Assembly (NCBI RefSeq): GCF_000195855.1
Contig: NC_002677.1
Coordinates: 1,980,001 to 2,012,000 of the forward strand
Length of the DNA stretch: 32,000 nucleotides
Reading direction: 5' to 3'
Source: Mycobacterium leprae TN
GTDB lineage: Bacteria > Actinomycetota > Actinomycetes > Mycobacteriales > Mycobacteriaceae
The translations under genes and the position numbers were made by a program. Positions within the stretch are counted from its first letter, which is position 1, and every line of letters begins with the position of its first letter. A model generated the notes under the pieces. The model was not told where the DNA came from. It was given only the letters and a program-made list of their open reading frames with translations, and did no database searches. This document shows, in pieces, positions 13,515 through 24,299 of the stretch.

Positions 13515-14429
13515 GTGATTGCGTTACTTGCACCCGGACAGGGCTCGCAGACCGAGGGAATGCTATCGCCGTGGCTGGGACTCCCCGGTGCCGCAGACCA
13601 GATCGCGACCTGGTCGAAGGCAAGTGGCTTAGATCTGGTACGTCTAGGCACCACCGCCTCGACCGAGGAGATAACCGATACCGCTGTCGCTCAGCCGTTG
13701 ATTGTTGCGACCACGCTGCTAGCTCATCAGGAGCTGGCCAAGCATGCCTTGTTTGAGAATGCCCTCGACAACCTAATCGTGGCCGGACACTCCGTCGGCG
13801 AGATCGCGGCGTATTCGATCGCCGGTGTGATCGCCGCCGATGATGCAGTGGCGCTGGCCGCAACCCGCGGCGCCGAGATGGCCAAGGCATGCGCCATCGA
13901 GCCGACCGGCATGTCCGCTGTGCTCGGCGGTGACGAAGCCGACGTGCTGAATCGCCTCGAGGAACTTGACCTGGTTCCTGCGAACCGCAACGCCGCCGGT
14001 CAGATTGTCGCCGCCGGTCGACTGACCGCGCTAGAAAAACTCGCCGAAGACCCGCCAGCCAGGGCCCGGGTGCGAGCACTGGACGTGGCCGGAGCGTTCC
14101 ACACCGAGTTCATGACCGCAGCTCTTGATGGCTTCGCAGAGGCGGCGGCCAGCATCACGATTGCCGAACCCATCGCGATGCTGCTCTCCAACCGTGACGG
14201 AAAACCGGTCGCGTCGGCAGCGACCGGTATGGAAACCCTGATTTCTCAGCTGACTCACCCGGCGCGCTGGGATCTGTGCAACGTAACGCTGCGTGAGCAC
14301 AACGTCACGGCGATCGTGGAACTCCCGCCCGCAGGCGCTCTCACCGGAATCGCCAAACGCGAGCTTCGGGAAGTAACAACTTGCGCCGTCAAGTCGCCCA
14401 CAGACCTGGACAAGTTGGCGAACCTCTAA
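13515..14429 (+). CDS. fabD: Malonyl-CoA:ACP transacylase
   Basis: 304-aa ORF with GTG start (MIALLAPGQGSQTEGMLSPW...). Active-site motif GHSVGE and VAGAFHTEFM. Confidence 0.97.
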   Translation: MIALLAPGQGSQTEGMLSPWLGLPGAADQIATWSKASGLDLVRLGTTASTEEITDTAVAQPLIVATTLLAHQELAKHALFENALDNLIVAGHSVGEIAAYSIAGVIAADDAVALAATRGAEMAKACAIEPTGMSAVLGGDEADVLNRLEELDLVPANRNAAGQIVAAGRLTALEKLAEDPPARARVRALDVAGAFHTEFMTAALDGFAEAAASITIAEPIAMLLSNRDGKPVASAATGMETLISQLTHPARWDLCNVTLREHNVTAIVELPPAGALTGIAKRELREVTTCAVKSPTDLDKLANL

Positions 14430-14528
14430 CCGCCGACCCGGCAATTTGCAATGGCAGGAACAACCACACAGGTCTAAACAGCAAATCAATCCGATTTGCA
14501 CACAACACATTACGAAGGGAAGCAGACT

Positions 14529-14876
14529 GTGGCCGTCACCCAGGAAGAGATTATTGCCGGAATCGCCGAGATCATCGAAGAGGTGACCGGTATCGAACCG
14601 TCTGAGATTACCCCGGAGAAGTCGTTCGTCGACGACCTGGACATTGACTCGCTGTCGATGGTCGAGATCGCCGTCCAGACCGAAGACAAGTACGGCGTCA
14701 AGATCCCTGACGAAGACCTCGCGGGTCTGCGTACTGTCGGTGACGTTGTGACCTACATCCAGAAGCTCGAAGAAGAGAATCCTGAGGCCGCCGAGGCGCT
14801 GCGCGCCAAGATCGTGTCGGAGAACCCCGAGGCCGCCGCGAACGTTCAGGCAAGGCTAGAAACAGAAAGTAAGTGA
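14529..14876 (+). CDS. acpM: Meromycolate extension acyl carrier protein
   Basis: GTG start in the ORF with upstream aagggaag. Phosphopantetheine site DIDSLSMVE. Long C-terminal extension ([17 protein letters not shown]) typical of AcpM. Confidence 0.97.
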   Translation: MAVTQEEIIAGIAEIIEEVTGIEPSEITPEKSFVDDLDIDSLSMVEIAVQTEDKYGVKIPDEDLAGLRTVGDVVTYIQKLEEENPEAAEALRAKIVSENPEAAANVQARLETESK

Positions 14877-16123
14877 CCATGCCTTCCACTGCTAATGGCG
14901 GTTTCCCCAGTGTTGTGGTGACCGCTGTCACAGCAACGACGTCAATCTCGCCGGACATCGAAAGCACGTGGAAGGGTCTGTTGGCCGGCGAGAGCGGCAT
15001 CCACGTACTCGAAGACGAGTACATCACCAAGTGGGACCTGCCAGTCAAGATCGGCGGCCACCTCAAGGAGCCAGTCGATAGCCACATGAGCCGCCTGGAC
15101 CTGCGGCGCATGTCGTACGTCCAGCGGATGAGCAAGCTGCTCAGCGGTCGACTATGGGAGTCCACCGGCAGCCCGGAGGTCGATCCCGACCGGTTCACCG
15201 TCGTGGTCGGCACCGGTCTGGGCGGCGCCGAGCGAATCGTGGAAAGCTACGACCTGATGAACGCGGGCGGACCCCGTAAGGTGTCCCCGCTCGCCGTTCA
15301 GATGATCATGCCCAACGGCGCCGCAGCGACCGTCGGGCTACAGCTTGGGGCATGCGCCGGGGTGATGACACCGGTGTCGGCCTGCTCGTCGGGCTCTGAG
15401 GCAATCGCACACGCCTGGCGCCAGATCATCATGGGAGATGCAGATGTCGCCGTCTGTGGCGGTGTCGAGGGCCCGATCGAGGCGCTGCCTATCGCGGCGT
15501 TCTCGATGATGCGAGCCATGTCGACCCGTAACGACGACCCCGAGGGGGCATCTCGGCCATTCGACAAAAATCGTGACGGGTTTGTGTTCGGCGAAGCCGG
15601 AGCCCTGATGCTCATCGAGACTGAGGAGCACGCCAAGGCTCGCGGCGCCAAGCCGCTGGCTCGGTTGCTTGGTGCAGGCATCACCTCGGACGCCTTTCAT
15701 ATGGTGGCACCCGCGGCCGACGGCGTGCGAGCAGGGCGGGCAATGACCCGGTCGCTGGAGCTGGCGGGTTTGTCGGCGAAGGACGTGGACCACGTCAACG
15801 CGCACGGGACAGCAACGCCGATCGGCGACAGCGCGGAGGCCAACGCCATCAGGGTCGCCGGTTGCGAACAGGCTGCGGTGTATGCGCCAAAGTCAGCACT
15901 GGGCCACTCCATCGGCGCGGTCGGCGCGCTTGAGTCTGTCCTGACGGTGCTGGCCCTTCGCGACGGTGTCATCCCACCCACACTGAACTACCAAACCCCA
16001 GATCCCGAGATCGACCTAGACATTGTCGCAGGTGAACCTCGCTACGGCGACTACCGTTACGCGATCAATAACTCCTTCGGGTTCGGTGGCCACAACGTGG
16101 CGCTCGCTTTTGGGCGCTACTAA
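14873..16123 (+). CDS. kasA: 3-oxoacyl-ACP synthase KasA
   Basis: 416-aa KAS ORF with [12 protein letters not shown] active site, VNAHGTATP and [13 protein letters not shown]. The start is either GTG 14873 (overlapping the acpM stop) or ATG 14879. Confidence 0.97.
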   Translation: MTMPSTANGGFPSVVVTAVTATTSISPDIESTWKGLLAGESGIHVLEDEYITKWDLPVKIGGHLKEPVDSHMSRLDLRRMSYVQRMSKLLSGRLWESTGSPEVDPDRFTVVVGTGLGGAERIVESYDLMNAGGPRKVSPLAVQMIMPNGAAATVGLQLGACAGVMTPVSACSSGSEAIAHAWRQIIMGDADVAVCGGVEGPIEALPIAAFSMMRAMSTRNDDPEGASRPFDKNRDGFVFGEAGALMLIETEEHAKARGAKPLARLLGAGITSDAFHMVAPAADGVRAGRAMTRSLELAGLSAKDVDHVNAHGTATPIGDSAEANAIRVAGCEQAAVYAPKSALGHSIGAVGALESVLTVLALRDGVIPPTLNYQTPDPEIDLDIVAGEPRYGDYRYAINNSFGFGGHNVALAFGRY

Positions 16124-16135
16124 GCACGGGAAGGA

Positions 16136-17413
16136 ATGATCGCTAGACTCATGACCACATCGCCGGAGCTGGTTACAGGGAAAGCCTTTCCCAATGTGGT
16201 CGTCACCGGCATTGCTATGACGACTGCGCTGGCAACAGACGCGGAGACCACGTGGAAGTTGTTGCTCGACAACCAAAGTGGAATTCGTATGCTCGACGAC
16301 CCGTTCATCGAGGAGTTCAACCTACCGGTTCGCATCGGTGGACATTTGCTGGAGGAATTCGACCACCAGCTGACCCGCGTCGAGCTGCGCAGGATGGGTT
16401 ACCTACAGAGAATGTCCACCGTGCTAAGCCGGCGACTGTGGGAGAACGCGGGCTCACCCGAAGTGGACACCAATCGGTTAATGGTGTCCATCGGCACCGG
16501 GTTGGGCTCGGCCGAGGAGCTGGTCTTCAGCTACGACGACATGCGTGCGCGCGGAATGAAGGCAGTCTCGCCACTGGCCGTGCAGAAGTACATGCCCAAC
16601 GGTGCGGCAGCGGCCGTCGGGCTGGAGCACCACGCCAAGGCTGGGGTGATGACGCCTGTGTCGGCGTGTGCGTCCGGTTCCGAGGCCATCGCCCATGCGT
16701 GGCAGCAGATCGTGCTCGGCGAAGCCGACTCGGCGATCTGTGGTGGCGTGGAAACAAAGATCGAGGCCGTGCCAATCGCCGGGTTCTCCCAGATGCGCAT
16801 CGTAATGTCCACCAAGAACGACAACCCCGCCGGTGCATGTCGCCCGTTCGATAGGGACCGCGACGGCTTCGTGTTCGGTGAGGCCGGCGCGCTCATGCTA
16901 ATCGAGACCGAGGACAGTGCGAAGGCGCGCAGCGCCAACATCCTAGCCCGGATCATGGGGGCCAGCATCACCTCGGACGGCTTCCACATGGTGGCACCGG
17001 ACCCCAACGGGGAACGTGCCGGGCATGCTATCGCACGTGCAGTGCACCTAGCGGGCCTCAGTCCGAGCGACATCGACCACGTCAACGCCCATGCCACCGG
17101 CACCCAGGTCGGTGACCTGGCCGAAGCCAAAGCCATCAACAAAGCCCTCTGCAACAATCGACCGGCGGTGTACGCACCCAAATCTGCCCTCGGCCATTCA
17201 GTGGGCGCAGTCGGCGCGGTGGAATCAATCTTGACTGTGCTGGCGTTGCGGGACCAGGTAATCCCACCGACACTGAACCTGGTAAACCTCGATCCAGATA
17301 TTGACTTGGACGTGGTAGCGGGTAAACCACGGCCGGGTGATTATCGGTATGCGGTCAACAACTCGTTCGGATTCGGCGGTCACAACGTAGCGATCGCCTT
17401 CGGCTGCTACTAA
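16136..17413 (+). CDS. kasB: 3-oxoacyl-ACP synthase KasB
   Basis: 425-aa KAS paralogue of the preceding ORF ([34 protein letters not shown]). An alternative in-frame ATG at 16151 gives [15 protein letters not shown]. Confidence 0.97.
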   Translation: MIARLMTTSPELVTGKAFPNVVVTGIAMTTALATDAETTWKLLLDNQSGIRMLDDPFIEEFNLPVRIGGHLLEEFDHQLTRVELRRMGYLQRMSTVLSRRLWENAGSPEVDTNRLMVSIGTGLGSAEELVFSYDDMRARGMKAVSPLAVQKYMPNGAAAAVGLEHHAKAGVMTPVSACASGSEAIAHAWQQIVLGEADSAICGGVETKIEAVPIAGFSQMRIVMSTKNDNPAGACRPFDRDRDGFVFGEAGALMLIETEDSAKARSANILARIMGASITSDGFHMVAPDPNGERAGHAIARAVHLAGLSPSDIDHVNAHATGTQVGDLAEAKAINKALCNNRPAVYAPKSALGHSVGAVGAVESILTVLALRDQVIPPTLNLVNLDPDIDLDVVAGKPRPGDYRYAVNNSFGFGGHNVAIAFGCY

Positions 17414-17443
17414 CCCGAACATCACTGACACAGGAGACCTGCG

Positions 17444-18865
17444 ATGACAATCACGGCCCCAAAGGTGGTGGGCAAGTCCATTGATCCCCGCGATCCACTA
17501 CTGCGTCTGAGCAATTTCTTCGACGATGGCAGAGTCGAACCGCTGCACGAGCGTAACCAGTCCGGCGTATTCGCTGCGACAGGCACCGTGAACGGTTTAC
17601 GCACCATAGCGTTCTGCACCGACGGCACCGTCATGGGCGGCGCCATGGGTATCGAAGGCTGCGCGCATATCGTCAACGCCTACGACACCGCTATTGAAGA
17701 GCAGAGCCCCATCGTAGGCATCTGGCACTCGGGCGGGGCCCGGTTAGCCGAGGGAGTGCGGGCGCTGCACGCAGTCGGACAGGTGTTCGAGGCCATGATC
17801 CGCGCATCCGGGTACATTCCGCAAATCTCGGTGGTCGTCGGTTTCGCTGCCGGCGGCGCCGCTTATGGGCCAGCGCTGACCGACGTCGTCATCATGGCGC
17901 CAGAAGGTCGGGTGTTCGTCACCGGGCCCGACGTGGTACGCAGCGTCACCGGCGAAGACGTGGACATGGCTTCGCTCGGCGGCCCAGAGACCCACCACAA
18001 GAAGTCCGGGGTGTGCCACATCGTTGCCAACGATGAACTCGACGCCTATGAGCGCGGCCGCCGGTTAGTCGGATTGTTCTGCCAGCAAGGTCATTTCGAC
18101 CGTAGCAAGGCAGAAGCTGGTGACACCAATATCCAAGCGCTGCTGCCCGAATCGTCCCGACGAGCCTATGACGTACATCCAGTCGTGACAGCGATCCTGG
18201 ATGAGAACACGCCTTTCGACGAATTCCAGGCGAATTGGGCACCGTCCATGGTGGTCGGGCTGGGCCGACTGTCCGGCCGCACGGTGGGCGTACTGGCCAA
18301 CAACCCGTTGCGACTGGGCGGTTGTTTGAACTCCGAAAGCGCCGAGAAGGCAGCACGTTTCGTACGACTCTGCGACGCGTTCGGGATCCCGCTGGTGGTC
18401 ATCGTCGATGTCCCCGGCTATCTGCCGGGGGTTGACCAAGAGTGGGGCGGCGTGGTGCGCCGAGGTGCTAAACTGTTGCATGCGTTCGGTGAGTGCACCG
18501 TTCCGCGCGTAACGCTGGTTACCCGAAAGACCTACGGCGGGGCCTACATTGCGATGAATTCTCGATCGTTGAATGCAACAAAGGTATTCGCGTGGCCGGA
18601 CGCCGAAGTGGCGGTGATGGGCGCCAAGGCGGCCGTCGGCATACTTCACAAGCGCAAGTTAGCCGCAGCACCGAACGACGAACGGGAAGCTCTACACGAC
18701 GACTTAGCTGCCGAGCATGAGCGCATCGCCGGCGGCGTGGACAGTGCCATCGACATCGGTGTGGTTGACGAGAAGATCAACCCGGCACATACCCGCAGTA
18801 AACTCACCGAGGCACTGGCCCAGTCGCCTGTGCGCCGCGGTCGCCACAAGAACATCCCGCTGTAA
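17444..18865 (+). CDS. accD6: Acyl-CoA carboxylase carboxyltransferase beta subunit
   Basis: 473-aa ORF with carboxyltransferase motifs (GIWHSGGARLAEGV, VVVGFAAGGAAYGPALTDVV, GGPETHHKKSGVC, VVRRGAKLLHAFGECTVPRVTLVTRKTYGGAYIAMNS). Final gene of the FAS-II cluster. Confidence 0.97.
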   Translation: MTITAPKVVGKSIDPRDPLLRLSNFFDDGRVEPLHERNQSGVFAATGTVNGLRTIAFCTDGTVMGGAMGIEGCAHIVNAYDTAIEEQSPIVGIWHSGGARLAEGVRALHAVGQVFEAMIRASGYIPQISVVVGFAAGGAAYGPALTDVVIMAPEGRVFVTGPDVVRSVTGEDVDMASLGGPETHHKKSGVCHIVANDELDAYERGRRLVGLFCQQGHFDRSKAEAGDTNIQALLPESSRRAYDVHPVVTAILDENTPFDEFQANWAPSMVVGLGRLSGRTVGVLANNPLRLGGCLNSESAEKAARFVRLCDAFGIPLVVIVDVPGYLPGVDQEWGGVVRRGAKLLHAFGECTVPRVTLVTRKTYGGAYIAMNSRSLNATKVFAWPDAEVAVMGAKAAVGILHKRKLAAAPNDEREALHDDLAAEHERIAGGVDSAIDIGVVDEKINPAHTRSKLTEALAQSPVRRGRHKNIPL

Positions 18866-18873
18866 ACACCCGG

Positions 18874-18923
18874 TGATGTGCACAAGAACAATATCACATG
18901 TGATATTGTTCTTGTGCACATCA
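18874..18923. repeat. Perfect 50-bp palindrome (25-bp arms, no spacer)
   Basis: tgatgtgcacaagaacaatatcaca | tgtgatattgttcttgtgcacatca; the right arm is the exact reverse complement of the left. Begins 9 bp after the accD6 stop codon. Confidence 0.95.
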
Positions 18924-19079
18924 ATGTATAATGTCACGATTCGGATTTTCGACGAAAGTAATGCGGTAGTTTCCCCAGCCCTGAACGGCGACATGGTATG
19001 TACCGAGTCGCATGACGTCTATCGGACTGCACCGTTGAAACCACCCGATGTCAAGCTGTCGTGTTTGTGTCTGTGGCGG

Positions 19080-19830
19080 TGAGTTGTTCGGTTGGTTTCA
19101 TAGGTGGTGGGTGAAATGGCTGTTTTTGCGTTTTATGACTGGCCGATATGTTCGGTAGTCGTGGGGGGCAGCCCGGAATCCTGTTGACGTGTTTTGCTGT
19201 GTTGCGGGGTTTTTGTTGGTGAGTGGCTGACTGCCTGCTTTCGATGAGGCTTCGTGTGCTTTGCCGCAGTGGACACGATTAGCGCGGCGCACGTAAGCAT
19301 GTCGGTGGTGGATGCTGCTTGGTCTACATGTTGATGATGCCAGGGGCTGGGCACCTGGGCTGTGCTGAAGGCGATATCGATGCAGGCGTGAGTGTGAGGA
19401 TAGTTGTTAGCGCCGCGGGGTAGGGGCGTTTTAGTGTGCATGTCATGGCCTTGAGGTGTCGGCGTGGTCAATGTGGCCGCACCTGAACAGGCACGTCCCC
19501 GTGCACGGTATAACTATTCGCACCTGATGTTATCCCTTGCACCATTTCTGCCGCTGGTATCGGTGTCGGCGGCTTGTTGACCGGCCCTCAGCCAGCAAGC
19601 AGGCATGCCGCCGGGTGCAGCAGTATCGTGTTAGTGAACAGTGCATCGATGATCCGGCCGTCGGCGGCACATACGGCAACCTTCTAGCGCAGATCAACCA
19701 CCCACACCCCACCAGCCCACCACAACACCACCACCCAAGGCCTCGCGGGTGAGTGCGATCGTTAAGCAACTTACCGAGCGTAAACACGCCGTAGAGATCC
19801 TCGGAGCCGAAGAATAACTGCACATCTCGC
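19080..19830. mobile_element. RLEP dispersed repeat of M. leprae (boundaries approximate)
   Basis: Exact TGCATGTCATGGCCTTGAGG at 19437-19456 and exact reverse complement of CACCGATACCAGCGGCAGAA at 19546-19565 (129 bp apart end to end). Also TGAGGCTTCGTGTGCTTTGC at 19245-19264 and the reverse complement of ATCTGCGCTAGAAGGTTGCC at 19675-19694. Outer limits were not determined. Confidence 0.93.
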
Positions 19831-19990
19831 GCGCTGTATTCCGTTTAGCGGCGCTCTCCAGTGCGTTCGACCCCCAGGTCGGTCATGGCTTCTTTCTACC
19901 AGGTGGTCCTCGCACCGAGATCGACGGCAGCATGGAAAAGTTCGATAGAGCACCACACCGACGTCAATCTCGACGTGTGCACGGCCGAAG

Positions 19991-20839
19991 CTACCGCCGG
20001 GGCCGAGGTTGGCATCTAGGGCAATAGAAGGACGAGCGGTTCATGAACTTTTCCCGGTGCATCACCGCGCCGCAACGCCGGCAGCCTTCGCCTTCACGAC
20101 CATAGGCATCCAAAGATCGGTCAAAGTACCCCGATTCGCCGTTGACGTTGACATACAGCGAATCGAACGAAGTCCCACCCTTGGCCAACGAGTCGCGCAT
20201 CACATCGGCGGCAGCATCCAGAACCGCGGCCAGCTGCCGACGGGTCAGAGTGGCAGCAATTCGCGCGCCGTGCACTTCGGCCCGCCACAACGCCTCATCG
20301 GCGTAAATGTTGCCGATTCCAGATACTGTCTGTTGATCGAGGAGCTGGCGCTTGAGCTCGGAATGCTTGCACCGCAACACTTTCACTACAGCTTCGACAT
20401 CGAACCGCGGATCGAACGGGTCACGCGCCAAGTGGGCGACAGGCACCGGCAGCACACTGCCGTCCACCGTCATTAGATCGGCTAGCAGCCATCCCCCTAA
20501 GGTCCGCTGATCCGTGAAGTTCAACACGGTCCCGTCGTCGAACAGCGCAGAGATCCTAACGTGATCGACGCGAGGCACGGTCCCCAGCAACATCTGCCCG
20601 CTCATGCCGAGGTGCACCACGAGCGCAATGTCTGTGTCCAGCAAGAACCACAGATATTTGCCGCGCCGATCAATTCCGTTAATACGGGTGCCGAGCAGCC
20701 GGTTCGTGAGGTCAGTTGGTCCAGCAACGTGGCGGCGCACAGCGCGCGGATGGTGCACCCGAACCGCAGTAATCGTCTTGCCTACGATATAGTCCTGCAG
20801 GCCGCGCCGCACCACCTCTACTTCGGGCAGTTCAGGCAT
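19991..20839 (-). CDS. mutM: Formamidopyrimidine-DNA glycosylase
   Basis: 282-aa ORF. N-terminal (M)[14 protein letters not shown]-terminal zinc finger [25 protein letters not shown]. Confidence 0.97.
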
Positions 20840-20893
20840 TTAGTTATGATCCCAAGCCCGGCGAAACCGGGCGCAGCGAATCATAACCATCGA

Positions 20894-21613
20894 CTACACG
20901 GACGTTTTCCCGACGCCGCCCAGCACATCGAGTGCTTTCCAAGCCGCTGATGCGGCTTTCTGCTCAGCCTCTTTCTTCGAGTGGCCAATACCTGACCCGT
21001 ATTCGGTGTCCATCACGACGACAACCGCGGTGAATTCTTTGTCGTGGTCCGGACCGGTGGAGGTCACCACGTACGATGGCACGCCCATGCCGCGTGCCGC
21101 TGTTAGCTCCTGCAAGCTGGTCTTCCAATCCAACCCAGCTCCCAGCGTAGGCGCAGCGTCCAGCAGCGTACCAAACAACCGCAAGATCACCTGACGGGCC
21201 ACCTCAATACCGTGATGCAGGTAGATCGCACCCAGCAGCGATTCCATGCCGTCGGCCAGTATGCTGGACTTATCCGCTCCTCCGGTGTTTGTCTCGCCAC
21301 GGCCCAGCAGCAGGTAGACACCGAGACCACCATCGGATAAGTTTCGCGCAACGTAAGCCAGTGCCTGGGTGTTGACCACACTGGCACGCAATTTAGCCAG
21401 ATCCCCTTCCGAACGGTCGGGGTGGCGATGGAACAACTCATCGGTAATGGTCAAGCTCAGGACAGCGTCACCAAGAAACTCCAGGCGCTCGTTGGTTGGT
21501 AACCCGCCGTGCTCGTAGGCATAACTGCGGTGTGTCAACGCCAGCGAAAGTAGCTCATCAGGCAGATCGACGCCGAACGCATCGAGCAAAGCTTGTCGAG
21601 GCTGGGTCACCAC
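20894..21613 (-). CDS. rnc: Ribonuclease III
   Basis: 239-aa ORF with RNase III signature [14 protein letters not shown] and C-terminal dsRBD ([23 protein letters not shown]). Confidence 0.97.
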   Translation of the reverse strand: MVTQPRQALLDAFGVDLPDELLSLALTHRSYAYEHGGLPTNERLEFLGDAVLSLTITDELFHRHPDRSEGDLAKLRASVVNTQALAYVARNLSDGGLGVYLLLGRGETNTGGADKSSILADGMESLLGAIYLHHGIEVARQVILRLFGTLLDAAPTLGAGLDWKTSLQELTAARGMGVPSYVVTSTGPDHDKEFTAVVVVMDTEYGSGIGHSKKEAEQKAASAAWKALDVLGGVGKTSV

Positions 21614-22212
21614 TCACTCCGTGATCCATCCGTTTCCGATGTCTGCGGGACGTCAGGCGCCAACATGTCAGTCAACTTGGCCCACCACGGGTCGATGCGG
21701 TCATGGGGATGACCGGGCTCGACGACCAGTGAAGTACCACATTCTGCGCATAATCCAGGGCAATCCGACCGGCACATCGGCGCGAAGGGGAGCTCGATCC
21801 CTACGGCATCGATGATGGACTGTTCAAGATCGATCGTGCCATCGACCACGTGTCCTACCGCATCCTCTTCGGTGGTCACCTTCGTCGCACTGTAGGGATA
21901 GGCAAACAGTTGGTTCAAGGTGACTTGCACGTGTCCATGGACCGCGGTCAAACAACGGACACATTCGCTCACCGTAGGAGCAGTCACCGTCCCAGCGACC
22001 AACACGTCCTCTGACACCGACTCCACACGCAAGTCGAGATTTATCGGCGCACCCCACTCGATCACGACCAGCTCCAATCCAATGCGCGCCAAGCTGGGCA
22101 CGGTTTTTTGCAGGGCGATGATCGCTCCCGGTCGTCGTCCCAACGGGGTGATGTCGAACACTACCGGTGAGATCAGATGACGTTGCGTCGTGACACCATA
22201 CTGCCGCGTCAT
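21607..22212 (-). CDS. DUF177/YceD family protein
   Basis: ORF open from 22260, with a likely ATG start at 22212 ([29 protein letters not shown]). Conserved cysteine motifs CVRCL and [13 protein letters not shown]. Overlaps rnc by 7 nt. Confidence 0.88.
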   Translation of the reverse strand: MTRQYGVTTQRHLISPVVFDITPLGRRPGAIIALQKTVPSLARIGLELVVIEWGAPINLDLRVESVSEDVLVAGTVTAPTVSECVRCLTAVHGHVQVTLNQLFAYPYSATKVTTEEDAVGHVVDGTIDLEQSIIDAVGIELPFAPMCRSDCPGLCAECGTSLVVEPGHPHDRIDPWWAKLTDMLAPDVPQTSETDGSRSEW

Positions 22213-22293
22213 AGTAGAAATCCTACGGCACCCATCGCGTAGCGCCAGAGCAACAGTCACCTTTCCTCGTGGCGATGGTACTTAAGCAGAAAG

Positions 22294-23037
22294 CTAGCGT
22301 GTCACGTAATCGTGCGTACCGGCCGCCGTGCGGAGCTGGTGGCGGCCGCGGCCAACCGAACGAAGCGTACCGTTGAGAAACTCTTCGAACTCGGCGAGCT
22401 TGTTGTCGACATAGATATCGCACTCGCCGCGCAGCCGGTCCGCCTCGGCGTGCGCCGTGTCGATCAGCCGGGTGGATTCGGCGTTGGCCGCCTGTACCAC
22501 CTCGTTTTGCGACACCAAGCGCTGCTGTTCCTTGATGCCCTCTTGGATAGCCTTTTCGTAGGAGATGTTGCCGTTTTCGATCAACCGGTCGCATTCGGAT
22601 TGGGCACGGTTGAGGCTGGCCTCGTACTCTCGCTTCGCTACTGTAGCGATGCGAATCGACTCCTCACGCGCATCCCCGAGCATCCGCTCACTGTGTTGAC
22701 GCGCCTCGCTTGCCATCCGATCAACCTGCGATTTCGCGTCAGACAGGATCCGATCAGCCTCCGCGCGCGCGTGACTCAACAATGACTCCGACTCAGTGGT
22801 CGCTGAGGACACCATGGAATCGGCATGCGCTTTGGCGTCGTTGAGCATCGCATCACGCGCGTCGAGCACATCCTGGGCATCATCCAACTCACCCGGGATC
22901 GCATCTTTGATATCGTCGATCAGCTCCAGCACATCGCCGCGAGGTACCACACAGCCAGCGGTCATCGGCACGCCCCGGGCTTCTTCGACAATGGCACCCA
23001 ATTCGTCCAGCGCCTCAAAGACTCGGTACACAGCCAT
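22294..23037 (-). CDS. sepIVA: DivIVA-domain coiled-coil cell-division-associated protein (SepIVA-like)
   Basis: MAVYRVFEALDELGAIVEEARGVPMTAGCVVPRGDVLELIDDIKDAIPGELDDAQDVLDARDAML... followed by a long Ala/Glu/Arg-rich coiled coil. Start at ATG 23037 or GTG 23031. Confidence 0.9.
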   Translation of the reverse strand: MAVYRVFEALDELGAIVEEARGVPMTAGCVVPRGDVLELIDDIKDAIPGELDDAQDVLDARDAMLNDAKAHADSMVSSATTESESLLSHARAEADRILSDAKSQVDRMASEARQHSERMLGDAREESIRIATVAKREYEASLNRAQSECDRLIENGNISYEKAIQEGIKEQQRLVSQNEVVQAANAESTRLIDTAHAEADRLRGECDIYVDNKLAEFEEFLNGTLRSVGRGRHQLRTAAGTHDYVTR

Positions 23038-24299
23038 ACCCTCCTGGCCTCGTTGGTTGTTACCAGTGTGCCTGCTGTTACCGCTGTCACGATGTTGCTG
23101 GCTCGGTGTGTCGGACATTATGGCCTGAACAGCCACCTATGTGGCCGACATGGCGGATCACATTATACTGGTTCGCGGTTGAAATTATACCTGTAGAGGG
23201 TACATGGTGACGCTCTGGCGCAGGCCGTCCACCGAATACCATCCGTGGAACGGCCGATGACCGCTACGCACTCTGGCCATCGCGGCCGAGCGGGAAGTGA
23301 CATCGTCATCGTATTCCTACACCGCTGCGGCGTTGGCTCGATCACTGTTCTGCAAGGGAGCTAACTTCTATCGCCGCCATGACATTTGAGATCAGCTACC
23401 ACCAATCTCATGGTGAAGTGAGTGATTGTCCTGGCCCTGCTGATGAATTGGCAATTCATCAGAGCAGAGCTCATCGGCGAGCTACCGATGATCATGATAT
23501 CTGGCCGTTTTACTCCGGCTGTTCGTGCGCTCTCGACTCATCGACACCGCCCGCCATCAGGCCATGGCATTGCTGACTCGATGAAAGCTGATGCCGCGAT
23601 GGACATGTCCATCGCGGCATGAGCTCCAAAGGCGATAACACACTGCGGTGACAACTGTTTTTGCCCCAGGGTTTTACCTCGGTCTCCCATGATGTTCATC
23701 ATGGGAGCGGCTAGCCACTGTAGGAGACCTCGTTGTCAAATCTGTTGCTCGCTGGTGTTATCGCCGCCTAGATACCCCAAATCATTTTGACAAAAATTCT
23801 TTTTCGCCTATTACCCAGTCAGGGTAGCACTGTGGGGGCCGATCGTGGCAATCAGCCGTTCCCGGCTTAATGCCGCATATCCAGCACAGTGCTGGGCTAG
23901 GAGCGCCGTCGACCGACCGGTTCGGAATAGAACAGAACCACCGTAGTAAACCACCGTAGTAATAGTAGTCCGAGGTCGGAAAAGGCGACTAATGATCAAG
24001 GAGCAGCGAATTCGCAAAGGCATTAGGAGGTTATCATGCCGGATGATGCGCCGCTGAATGGTGGTGCTCTGTGCAAGCAGGACCTGATGGACCCTAGCGG
24101 TAAGGATCGGAAATACAGGTCAAACGTCACCGATGGGCGACAGCCGATCCCGGCCACCGGTTCGATGATCTGTTCAATTCCGTCTCCGACCCAGTCACCT
24201 TGGTGGTGGCATTGATCGGGTAGCAACCAACCCGAGTGCCCGTACAACAGCAAGATCGAACGGGCTGACTGTGGACACCCGCATCAACTCCAAGGTGAA

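Noticed and set aside
14031-18356. Many overlapping ORFs antisense or out of frame to fabD, kasA, kasB and accD6 (e.g. 16531-17181 -, 16252-16854 +)
   Set aside because: High-GC shadow ORFs; the opposite or alternate frame is fully explained by conserved FAS-II genes.
19098-19471. ORFs inside RLEP (e.g. MTTPTPQGHDMHTKTPLPRGANNYPHTHACID...)
   Set aside because: No transposase or other domain recognised; they lie inside the non-coding RLEP repeat, so I do not call them genes.
22796-23196. + strand ORFs opposite the DivIVA-like gene
   Set aside because: Low-complexity Ser/Ala-rich translations antisense to the coiled-coil gene.
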